Source: Candidatus Poribacteria bacterium (GTDB lineage Bacteria; Poribacteria; WGA-4E; PCPOR2b). From it: a stretch of DNA of 64,000 nt. The DNA lies in assembly GCA_965198175.1 (NCBI GenBank), contig OZ240245.1, positions 3,680,001-3,744,000 on the forward strand, given 5' to 3'. The position numbers were made by a program, and so were the translations under genes. Under the pieces are notes generated by a model. It saw nothing but the letters and a program-made list of their open reading frames with translations, was not told the DNA's origin and searched no databases. How positions within the stretch are numbered: position 1 is the first letter of the stretch; each line of letters begins with the position of its first letter. Shown here in pieces: positions 32,007-40,816 of this stretch.

Positions 32007-33035
32007 TTACTCCCCACCGGTAGCCGCTTCCTTCCCGCCTTCTGGTTGCAGCACCGTCGATTTTAAGGAGAGACTGTAATCGAGCAGCATCCTTGCGTAC
32101 GGGATATTGTGTAGCCCATAACCGCTGTCGCCTTTTACCATGTCATAATTCCATTTCGCAGCCTTGTACGCTTCACTGTCTAAATCGGTCGCACGGTCAA
32201 GCATGGCTTTTATTGCTTGCATTTTACCTTCCATCTCTTCACGATACCCTTTTAGCCTAGCTTCCATATTATCGTGGCAATCGGCGCAAATCGAGAAGTC
32301 CGCGATAAATGTATGTCCGCCGCGTTGAGCGATTTCATCTTTCGATTCTTTTTTCGCCATGTGACAATGTATACATCGCTTCTTCATGACTCTAACGTGT
32401 GGCGAAGGCTTTCGTCTGACGCCCTTCCCGTCACGTCCGAGGAACATTTCCGCCTGAGATTGGTGGATAATACCCGCTCCGGCGCATCCGCAATCCATTT
32501 TATGGCAGGAGACACATAGCTTTCTAGGCGATCTTACCAATAGATGCTCGCGATTGCTGCTATGCAAATGGCACGATGAACAACTGATAGCGTTCACAGC
32601 AGTTTCTAGATTGTAAAGGTGATCTTTAGATCCGCCTATTTTGGAATGTATCTCATAGCCGGCCGAATGGCAACTAAGGCAAGAGACGCGTACGGGATGG
32701 TCCCCGTGGTCAAGGTTGATCAATGCCTTCGCGTGCCCAGCAGTCTTCCATTCAGCGTAAGCTGCTTCATTTCCGTGGCACATGTAACACTTTTCGCGGA
32801 AAGGGGAATCTTCTTGAATAGCAATGGAACTGGTAGCGGGCTCAGAATGCCCTCTCTCGCCCGCTTGGAGGTGGTTAATGGAAATGAATCCAATGATGAG
32901 CATAAATGCCGTCAGCAATAAGAATAAGAGCGATTGTTTCAAATATTGCAATGCTTCTCTCCTTCTCGCGACAACGTAATGTAGGCGCGCCGAGACTCGG
33001 TTTCCCACCTCAATCCTGCGGGTGCTACTTGACAA
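32007..33035 (-). CDS. Hexaheme cytochrome c with C-terminal helical bundle
   Basis: Six CxxCH motifs (CYMCH, CLSCH, CSSCH, CVSCH, CIHCH, CADCH); N-terminal hydrophobic helix; DSGYGLHN motif. Confidence 0.85.
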   Translation of the reverse strand: MSSSTRRIEVGNRVSARLHYVVARRREALQYLKQSLLFLLLTAFMLIIGFISINHLQAGERGHSEPATSSIAIQEDSPFREKCYMCHGNEAAYAEWKTAGHAKALINLDHGDHPVRVSCLSCHSAGYEIHSKIGGSKDHLYNLETAVNAISCSSCHLHSSNREHLLVRSPRKLCVSCHKMDCGCAGAGIIHQSQAEMFLGRDGKGVRRKPSPHVRVMKKRCIHCHMAKKESKDEIAQRGGHTFIADFSICADCHDNMEARLKGYREEMEGKMQAIKAMLDRATDLDSEAYKAAKWNYDMVKGDSGYGLHNIPYARMLLDYSLSLKSTVLQPEGGKEAATGGE

Positions 33036-35214
33036 TCACCATCCGCCGTAACGAGCTGTAATTACCCGTACTGAGCTGATAGAAATAGGTGCCGCTTGTG
33101 ACGCGTTCTCCGTTATGATTGCGGCCGTCCCAATACGCTGCTTTTGCTTTGTCTCGGTAGACTCCCGATTTTTGACGGCCAATGTCGAGCCTGCGCACGA
33201 TATGCCCGCTCTGGTCATAGATGCTGAAATTCACGAGCGCATCGTTTGCCAACTTATACGGTATCCACGTTTCGGGGTTGAACGGATTCGGATAATTTTG
33301 CAGCAACGCCGTCCGTTTGATGCTTCCGAGCGTCGTGGTGAGTCTTCCTAACGGTTCCACTCCAACCCCAACTCCGGTGGAAGAGATAAGTTCCCACAGC
33401 ATCACGGTGCCATCGTAACCCGAGCTAGCCAGGGTTTCGCCGTCGGGGCTGAACGCAAGGTTAAAGACCCACAATGAATGTCCTTTGAGTGAAGTTACGA
33501 GTTCCCACGTATCGGTGTCCCAGAGACGAACCTTTCCGTCCCAACCCCCACTGGCGAGTGTGCGTCCATCGGGACTGAACGCAAGGCTATTGATCGAATA
33601 CGCATCTGGCACATCTATGGTTCGCAGCAGTTCTCCCTTATCAGCATTCCATAATGAAATTGTTTTCCCGCCCCCGCTTGCGAAGAGGTTGCCGTCCGGA
33701 CTGAACGCAACGCTATCAATAGGCCCCTCATGCCCATCTAACCGGCGTAGCCGTTCTCCTGTTTCTACGTCCCACAGAAAAAGTGAGTCCCAACTCCCGC
33801 TTGCCAGCTTTCCGCCATCAGGGCTGAACGCCACACTTTTCAGATCGCGCAAATGCCCGGTGAGGGTACGCAGCGCTTTCCCCGTATCGGCGTCCCACAA
33901 ACGGACCGTATTGTCCCGACTCGCGCTTGCGATAGTGCTGCCATCCGGACTGAACGCGACACTATTGACCATCAAGGTATGCCCCTCCAGCCTTAGTTGC
34001 TCTTCTCCAGTGTCGGCGTCCCGCACACTGACAGTATTGTCCCAACTCGTGGTGGCAATCGTGCCGCCATCAGGGTTGAACGCAACGATATTGATAGAAC
34101 CGAAATCGATAAACGAACGCCGGCGTTCTCCCGTTTCAGAGTTCCAAAACCGGATACCGTTCCAACTCGCACTTGCGACGGTGCCGCCGTCTGGACTATA
34201 CGCAATGCTGTTGGCTGCAGAGTAATGTCCGGCGATGGTGCGAAGCAGTTCACCCGATTCGACGTCCCACAGTCGGACGGTCTCGGAAGCGCTCAAACCG
34301 GCAATCGTGCTGCCGTCGGGGCTAAATGTAACTGTATCATCGCGCGAACCCGATCCGTTGAGGGTTCGCAACTCTTCTCCCGTTTCGGGGTTCCACAATC
34401 GGATAACGTCCTGGCCCCCGGTAGCAAGGATTCTCGCATCGGGACTGAACGCAACTGTTTCCACCGAACGCAATGCGATAAGTGTGCGCAGGTGTTTTCC
34501 GGTTTGGGCGTCCCATAGCCGAGCGGTACCGTCCCGACTCCCGCTTGCGAGGATGTTTCCGTCGGGACTGAACGCTACACTATACACGTAACCCGTGTGC
34601 CCCTCGAGTGTGTTCAGGTGTTCTCCAGTATCGGCGTCCCACAGGCCGATGGTTCTGTCTGCGCCCGCGCTCGCGATAATGCGGCTATCCGGACTAAACG
34701 CGAAGCCGTTGACCCAACTCCCATATCCGTTGAGTGTGCGAAGATGTTTTCCCGTATTGGCGTCCCAAATTTCAATATCTCGGTTCCCACTTTCGCTTGC
34801 TATAGTGCGTCCATCGGGACTGAACAAAAGGCTGTTGGCCGTACCCGATCCTTTTAGCGTTTCCAGATGTTTTCCCGTATTGGCGTCCCACAGTCGAATG
34901 TCATCGTCCCAACTTGCCCCTGCGATTGTGCTGCCATCGGGACTAAACGCAATGCTGTCGACGTCCGTATTCCCGGCAAGCAGGTCGGCTTCCTTATGGG
35001 TTTCTGTATCGTAAAGCCAAATTCCGATTCCGCTGGCAACCGCGAGTCCGGTACCGTCGGGCGTATACACTATTTCGTGTATTCTGCCTTGACCGAGGCG
35101 CAATTTGGCGCCCTCGGGGAGACCCCACTGCAGAGAATCCTGGGCGTAGCTGTGAGGTGCCCACAGCGCGGCAAGGAACAATAGGCTAAGTGTGAAAACC
35201 ATTGATTTCTTCAT
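33025..35214 (-). CDS. Exported WD40-repeat protein with C-terminal FlgD-Ig/T9SS-CTD-like domain
   Basis: GGAGG RBS before ATG 35214; signal peptide; about 13-14 xAFSPDG...LWD repeats; LLQNYPNPFNPETWIPY...YWDGRN...SGTYFYQL...MVIVK tail. Confidence 0.88.
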   Translation of the reverse strand: MKKSMVFTLSLLFLAALWAPHSYAQDSLQWGLPEGAKLRLGQGRIHEIVYTPDGTGLAVASGIGIWLYDTETHKEADLLAGNTDVDSIAFSPDGSTIAGASWDDDIRLWDANTGKHLETLKGSGTANSLLFSPDGRTIASESGNRDIEIWDANTGKHLRTLNGYGSWVNGFAFSPDSRIIASAGADRTIGLWDADTGEHLNTLEGHTGYVYSVAFSPDGNILASGSRDGTARLWDAQTGKHLRTLIALRSVETVAFSPDARILATGGQDVIRLWNPETGEELRTLNGSGSRDDTVTFSPDGSTIAGLSASETVRLWDVESGELLRTIAGHYSAANSIAYSPDGGTVASASWNGIRFWNSETGERRRSFIDFGSINIVAFNPDGGTIATTSWDNTVSVRDADTGEEQLRLEGHTLMVNSVAFSPDGSTIASASRDNTVRLWDADTGKALRTLTGHLRDLKSVAFSPDGGKLASGSWDSLFLWDVETGERLRRLDGHEGPIDSVAFSPDGNLFASGGGKTISLWNADKGELLRTIDVPDAYSINSLAFSPDGRTLASGGWDGKVRLWDTDTWELVTSLKGHSLWVFNLAFSPDGETLASSGYDGTVMLWELISSTGVGVGVEPLGRLTTTLGSIKRTALLQNYPNPFNPETWIPYKLANDALVNFSIYDQSGHIVRRLDIGRQKSGVYRDKAKAAYWDGRNHNGERVTSGTYFYQLSTGNYSSLRRMVIVK

Positions 35215-35697
35215 TGGAATAATCCTCCATGTTTGAGTTTGGGGGCGCATCCCCGCGATTTCTACTTTTGGCAAACTTCCTCTAATTTAAAGCCTGACTA
35301 AAATAGAAAAAGTTACAGGAACGGTTGGTGTTCACGACTGTTCATTTCGGAAGTTTATTCAGAACCAATTTAAGAAGAAAATATAAACCGCGCAAGTTAT
35401 TCCGGTGATTTGTCAAATGTTGAATGAGAGCAACCGCCACCACTTATGCTAACCTGTCAACCGCTAAGAACACCTCTCAAAGTCGGTTTGTGCTTAAGAG
35501 AATAGTCTTAAAGGTTGACTTGCCGAATCACTGAGTTAACAGAGTGAAGAAGGCAATATGAACCAATTGGTCTGATTTGACGAAAACCTAGAGATTTTGC
35601 TGCCTTCAGCCGGTTGCTTCATCTACCATTACGTAAATGTTTCCTTGCAAGGAAGCCTAATATGCGAACCTGAATCCGGTTCTACGAGATTTTTCAA

Positions 35698-35713
35698 TGC
35701 AAATTATACGCCA
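35698..35713 (-). promoter_or_regulatory. sigma54 (-24/-12) promoter pointing to the WD40 gene
   Basis: Minus strand reads TGGCGT-ATAAT-TTGCA. Confidence 0.65.
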
Positions 35714-35804
35714 ACACATAATCTACTTCAAGTTAGGACTAGGTAAGCCTGATGTATCAAGGCAGGCGAACAGTTTGAGATTTTTCATCTAGAGCGCCGG
35801 CTGC

Positions 35805-35851
35805 TGCACGAAACAGTGCAGTTTGAACGAACCCTTGCACTGTTTCGTGCA
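35805..35851. promoter_or_regulatory. Paired enhancer-like sites (16-bp perfect inverted repeat)
   Basis: tgcacgaaacagtgca (35805-35820) and tgcactgtttcgtgca (35836-35851); each is TGCAC-N6-GTGCA; 90-140 bp upstream of the sigma54 site. Confidence 0.6.
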
Positions 35852-35942
35852 CCTCCCAATATTTCGGGTTCATTGAGACAATGCGCTTTTCTGTTTTTCA
35901 ACAGATTTCTAGCGATAATTATACACTCTCATGTACTTAATC

Positions 35943-36085
35943 ATCAACTCCGTCAAGTCACGATGCCAGTGGCGAATGCTATTACATGATACGCCTCCGT
36001 GGCAAACTGTCTATTTACGATTCAGAAAATGGCGAGCTGACGATACACGGTTCTTGATTCATCACGGCACTTCGCGAACAAACAT
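35943..36085 (+). mobile_element. Degenerate IS5-family transposase fragment
   Basis: From 35961 translates RCQWRMLLHDTPPWQTVYLRFRKWRADDTRFLIHH, then a frameshift to ALREQ; matches the IS5 N-terminal GCQWRxLPxDxPPWxTVY..FRxW motif. Confidence 0.7.
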
Positions 36086-36156
36086 GCCACGATGTTGACG
36101 AATTACCATCACCGACAGCCAATCGGTTAAGACGACCATTGGCTAAAAGGGGGAAA

Positions 36157-36172
36157 AGCAAATATAATGCCA
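36157..36172 (-). promoter_or_regulatory. sigma54 promoter (copy A)
   Basis: Minus strand reads TGGCAT-TATAT-TTGCT; palindrome ctgttca-N5-tgaacag at 36223-36241 upstream. Confidence 0.6.
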
Positions 36173-36356
36173 GCTCGAAATGCTTTAAAAATTAGGCGCG
36201 ACGCGGCACATTACTTGAGAAACTGTTCAATACATGAACAGAGTTGTCCACAAACTGAGCGTTCGTAACTGGCTTGACTGATAATGTTATTTTGAGAGGC
36301 GAACCTAGTTTAACTTTACGGCAACCGTTGGGAACGCGCCTGCTGCTCTCGCACAA

Positions 36357-37397
36357 CTATCTAGATAGTGTACTTCCCAACTGTTTAATCCAGCCCCAAC
36401 TCAATGGTTGCTTCCCGGCAGGAGAAACTGCGAACTCAACGATAAAGTCCGGGGCGAACCACGCCGGAGACCGGTTGAATGGGCCCGCCTGCCCAATTAC
36501 CGGTAGGTCAAAGCGATTTTCGTGATTCCCCTTGCCCGCCCCCGCCTTCACTTCGTATATGGTAATCTTCGAGGAACCGCCTCCGAATATGATTGTGGCT
36601 ACTTCCTTACCGTCCGGGTTCCACGTCAGATCCTGCTTTTCTTCCTGGCTAAAAATTTCATAGACATTTTGGGCACCCTCATCGCCGAGTTCGGCGTCCA
36701 TCACCCATACATTACCGGTCCCATCTCGTCGCGTAATCCATCCAATCCGGTCCCCGTCGTGCGAAAATTCGGGCTGGATGTCCTCGCCCTTATGATTTGT
36801 GAAATTCACCTGGTTGCCACCGTCTGAATTCATCACGTAGATGTCTCCGAGCGTCCGTCCTCGTTTGGAAGCGAACGCAATTCGCCGACCATCCGGCGAC
36901 CATGAGGGCATTCTATCTGGGGCTGGGTCGTTTGTGAGGTTGGCAATAATATTGCCCTCGACCGACATTACGTAAATTTCGAGGTTCCCGTCCCGATCAG
37001 AAGCGATGGCGAGATTTCTGCCGCCAGGGTGCCAGTCGGGCCAGCTATCTACCCCTTCATGATCGGTGATTCGCCTCAGGTTCTTGCCGTCAGCGTCTAC
37101 GATATAGATATCGGTATTTTTCTGCGACGTCGCATGGAACGCAAGTTTTCGGCCATCCGTGGACCATTCAAGTCCAAGCGGCCGCGGATCGTCATTATCT
37201 GTTGCAATGTTGAGCAATGCATTCACAGCGCCTTTCCCTTCGGGATTTGTCAAAAAAATTGTCTCCTCGCCGGATACTGCTATTGTCGCTTCGTTGGGTG
37301 CGAGCGCCTGCCCGCCTATGGGTATAACGAGGTTGATTAGGATTACCAAGTTGGAGAATGCCAAGATTCTCAAAGTTAATCGCGTTCTTTTTTGCAT
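36357..37397 (-). CDS. Exported TolB-like/PD40 beta-propeller protein (paralog 1)
   Basis: Signal peptide; PxWSPDGxxIAF and SDRDGNLEIYVM repeats; tail AVSPAGKQPLSWGWIKQ. Confidence 0.85.
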   Translation of the reverse strand: MQKRTRLTLRILAFSNLVILINLVIPIGGQALAPNEATIAVSGEETIFLTNPEGKGAVNALLNIATDNDDPRPLGLEWSTDGRKLAFHATSQKNTDIYIVDADGKNLRRITDHEGVDSWPDWHPGGRNLAIASDRDGNLEIYVMSVEGNIIANLTNDPAPDRMPSWSPDGRRIAFASKRGRTLGDIYVMNSDGGNQVNFTNHKGEDIQPEFSHDGDRIGWITRRDGTGNVWVMDAELGDEGAQNVYEIFSQEEKQDLTWNPDGKEVATIIFGGGSSKITIYEVKAGAGKGNHENRFDLPVIGQAGPFNRSPAWFAPDFIVEFAVSPAGKQPLSWGWIKQLGSTLSR

Positions 37398-37598
37398 AAG
37401 TCTTGCCTCCGCTTTACAATTTAAAAATTTACGGCAGTCGCCGTTTATCTAGAAAACTACTGAGAACCAATTGGAATAGGAAAACAACTAGAGTCGAGTG
37501 TTGTGCTGTAGCTCAATTTCACTTGTACGCCGCTCCATTTCTGGTGAGGCATGCAGCAGGTTGAATTATCCGTACGATTGGCGAACGAACCGGAACGC

Positions 37599-38320
37599 CT
37601 ACTCAACCCTGCCAATCTTGGCGGCTTCTGGCGCCCGCGTCGGCAAATTCTGCTTAGCGAGCTGATCTTCCGGGATATAGTTGGAGTAATCAGAAATTTT
37701 ACCGTGGGTCAATGAGTAAACAACAACGTTTGTCATAAACCGATATACGCCTGGAGAGTAGTGTACGGACCTCGTCGGTAGACTTACCGCCTCCATTGCG
37801 CACATGTAATCGCGGCGGACTAATAGCACCGAAAGCTTTTCACCAACGGAGATTCCTTCAAGGAAATTGCGTTTTGGTGCTTTTGTGCCAAACCAGAAGA
37901 TATCGAACCCAACTGGCGGGCCGCCCATTTCATAGAAGTTGTTATAGACCTCGTGTTAACGACCTTGGGAACATTAGGATTGATGGGTTGGTTGAGTTTG
38001 ACGACTTTATTCGAGAATTCGAGCACCGTTTGGGGCTCTAAGGATTTCGTGCGAACGACTGCAGTGGTTGTGACTCTGGGTTGCACCTGAACCTGTTCAA
38101 CGACAACGGTGTTATCCGTTGGAATATTAGGTTTAATCTGTTTGATAACCGGCTTACGAACTTGGGGTTTCGGCGGCTCAGGCAGTTCAAGAACTTGGGC
38201 ACCGACTAAGTCTTTGAATTGCGGGGTTTGTGTGACGAGATAAACACCGAGAATCAGCACAGCGACTCCGTGAAGAATCAACGATGTCATCAAGGCACCT
38301 GAAGTTTTCTTGGCACTCAT
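37599..38320 (-). pseudogene. Internally deleted, out-of-frame DUF4159-like membrane protein gene (copy A)
   Basis: N-terminal TM plus Pro-rich ORF (SLILHG..) joins at about 37953 to a different frame reading HEVYNNFYEMGGPPVG...LEGI...RDYMCA...FMTNVVVYSLTHG. Confidence 0.65.
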
Positions 38321-38578
38321 CTTCTGCGTCACCTCCGATTCGTTAAAGGAAGCGTGGTATTGGACTTAAAATTGAACTGCGCTGCCATTTCGCGGGCTTT
38401 ATTCTGGATTGTTAATCCCCGTGCCAACCTGTCTATTTACGATTCAGAAAATGGCGAGCTGACGATACACGGTTCCTGATTCATCACGGCACTTCGCGAA
38501 CAAACATGCCACGATGTTAACGAATTACCATCACCGACAGCCAATCGGTTAAGACGACCGTTGGCTAAAAGGGGGAAA

Positions 38579-38594
38579 AGCAAATATAATGCCA
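38579..38594 (-). promoter_or_regulatory. sigma54 promoter (duplicated copy B)
   Basis: Same TGGCATTATATTTGCT as 36157-36172. Confidence 0.6.
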
Positions 38595-38778
38595 GCTCGA
38601 AATGCTTTAAAAATTAGGCGCGACGCGGCACATTACTTGAGAAACTGTTCAATACATGAACAGAGTTGTCCACAAACTGAGCGTTCGTAACTGGCTTGAC
38701 TGATAATGTTATTTTGAGAGGCGAACCTAGTTTAACTTTACGGCAACCGTTGGGAACGCGCCTGCTGCTCTCGCACAA

Positions 38779-39825
38779 CTATCTAGATAGTGTGCTTCCC
38801 AACTGCTTGATCCAGCCCCAACTCAATGGTTGTTTCCCGGCAGGAGAAACAGCAAACTCAACCACAAAGTCCGGATCGAACCACGCAGGTGCCCGGTTGA
38901 TCGAACCAGCCGCCCCAATTACCGGCAGGTTAAACCGATTTTCGTGATTCCCCTTTCCCCCTGCATCCTTCACCTCGTAAATAACTATCCACGCGGAACC
39001 GCCCGCGAACATGATTGTGGCAACTTCCTTGCCGTCCGGGTTCCACGTCAGATCCTGTTTCTCCTCTTGGCTAAAAATCTCGTACACATTTTCGGCGCCT
39101 TCATCACCGAGTTCGGCGTCCATTACCCACACGTTGCCGGTTCCGTCTCGTCGTGTGACCCATCCAATCCGGTCACCGTCGTGCGAAAATTCGGGCTGGA
39201 TGTCCTCACCCTTATGATTTGTGAAATTCACCTGGTTGCCACCGTCTGAATTCATCACGTAGATGTCTCCGAGCGTCCGTCCCCGTTTCGAGGCGAACGC
39301 AATTCGCCGGCCATCCGGCGACCAGGAGGGCATTTTGTCTGGGGCAGGGTCGTTAGTGAGGTTGGCTATTGCATTCCCGCCGCTCGTGATTACGTAGATC
39401 TCGAGGTTCCCATCTCGGTCGGATGCGATAGCGAGCTTATTGCCGCTAGGGTGCCAGTCGGGCCAGCTATCTTCCCCTTCATGATCTGTGATTCGCTTGA
39501 GGTTCTTACCATCGGCGTCTACGATAAAGACATCGGAATTTTTCTGCGACGTAGCATGGAACGCAAGTTTTCGGCCATCCGGGGACCATTCAATTCCAAG
39601 AGGTCGCGGGGCGTCCTTATCTGTTTCAATGTTGAGTAGTGCATTGACAGCGCCGCCGCCCTTCCCTTCAGGATCTGTCAAAAAGATAGTCTCCTCGCCA
39701 GATACTGCTAATGTCGCTTTGTTGGGTGCGAGCGCCTGCCCGCCCATTGTAAAAATGAAGTTGAATAGGAAAACAAAACTGGAAACTGCCACGAATCCCA
39801 ACGTTGATAGCTTTCTGCATTGCAT
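38779..39825 (-). CDS. Exported TolB-like/PD40 beta-propeller protein (paralog 2)
   Basis: Close paralog of 36357-37397 with a different signal peptide and the same tail. Confidence 0.85.
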   Translation of the reverse strand: MQCRKLSTLGFVAVSSFVFLFNFIFTMGGQALAPNKATLAVSGEETIFLTDPEGKGGGAVNALLNIETDKDAPRPLGIEWSPDGRKLAFHATSQKNSDVFIVDADGKNLKRITDHEGEDSWPDWHPSGNKLAIASDRDGNLEIYVITSGGNAIANLTNDPAPDKMPSWSPDGRRIAFASKRGRTLGDIYVMNSDGGNQVNFTNHKGEDIQPEFSHDGDRIGWVTRRDGTGNVWVMDAELGDEGAENVYEIFSQEEKQDLTWNPDGKEVATIMFAGGSAWIVIYEVKDAGGKGNHENRFNLPVIGAAGSINRAPAWFDPDFVVEFAVSPAGKQPLSWGWIKQLGSTLSR

Positions 39826-40016
39826 AGTTCTTACCTCCTCTTCACGAGTTTAAAAATCACGGCAAGCGCCGTTTCTCTGTCAAAAACTACTTGAAAACAG
39901 TTCCCATTAGGTAATAAAACAGGGTAGAAATTGTAATACGCCAATTCTGCTTGCGCGTTTCCAGATAAGAAATTGGAAAACGGTAACGACCCAAATCGAC
40001 CAACGAACCGTGGAAT

Positions 40017-40738
40017 CTACTCAACCATGCCAATCTTCGCGGCTTCTGGCGCCCGCGTCGGCAGGTTCTGGTTAGCTAGCTGATCCTCCGGGATATAGTT
40101 TGAGTAATCGGAAATCTGACCGTGGGTCAATGAGTAAACAACAACGTTCGTCATAAACCGATATACGCCTGGAGAGTAGTGCACCGAACGCGTTGGTAGG
40201 CTTACTGCCTCCATCGCGCACATGTAATCACGGCGAACTAGCAACACCGAAAGTTTTTCACCAACGGAGATTCCTTCAAGGAAATTGCGTTTTCGTGCTT
40301 TTGCACCAAACCAGAAGATATCGAACCCAACCGGTGGTCCTCCCATCTCATAGAAGTTGTTATAGACCTCGTGTTAACGACCTTGGGAACATTAGGATTG
40401 ATGGGTTGGTTGAGTTTGACGACTTTATTCGAGAATTCGAGCACCGTTTGGGGCTCTAAGGATTTCGTGCGAACGACTGCAGTGGTTGTGACTCTGGGTT
40501 GCACCTGAACCTGTTCAACGACAACGGTGTTATCCGTTGGAATATTAGGTTTAATCTGTTTGATAACCGGCTTACGAACTTGGGGTTTCGGCGGCTCAGG
40601 CAGTTCAAGAACTTGGGCACCGACTAAGTCTTTGAATTGCGGGGTTTGTGTGACGAGATAAACACCGAGAATCAGCACAGCGACTCCGTGAAGAATCAAC
40701 GATGTCATCAAGGCACCTGAAGTTTTCTTGGCACTCAT
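40017..40738 (-). pseudogene. Internally deleted, out-of-frame DUF4159-like gene (copy B)
   Basis: Same deletion junction as copy A at about 40371; C-terminal part carries many synonymous differences from copy A. Confidence 0.65.
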
Positions 40739-40816
40739 CTTCTGCGTCACCTCCGATTCGTTAAAGGAAGCGTGGTATTGGACTTAAAATTGAACTGCGC
40801 TGCCATTTCGCGGGCT

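Larger units (their letters stand above)
36007..38428. repeat. Tandem duplication unit A (about 2.42 kb)
   Basis: Repeated at offset 2422/2418; ends near-identical to unit B, core diverged. Confidence 0.92.

Noticed and set aside
32007..33035. NrfA nitrite reductase
   Set aside because: No CxxCK heme motif, six rather than five hemes, and no nrfH or nrfBCD neighbours.
33485..35184. Long plus-strand ORFs opposite the WD40 gene (and similar shadow ORFs over the TolB, LamG and CRTAC1 genes)
   Set aside because: Antisense shadows of repetitive coding sequence with no independent protein features.
36274..36525. 83-aa plus-strand ORF repeated at 38696-38947
   Set aside because: It overlaps the TolB-like gene antisense, and its conservation is explained by the duplication.
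37940..37965. Programmed ribosomal frameshift joining the two DUF4159-like ORFs
   Set aside because: No slippery sequence at the junction, and the fused product would seem to lack much of the domain; deletion is the simpler explanation.
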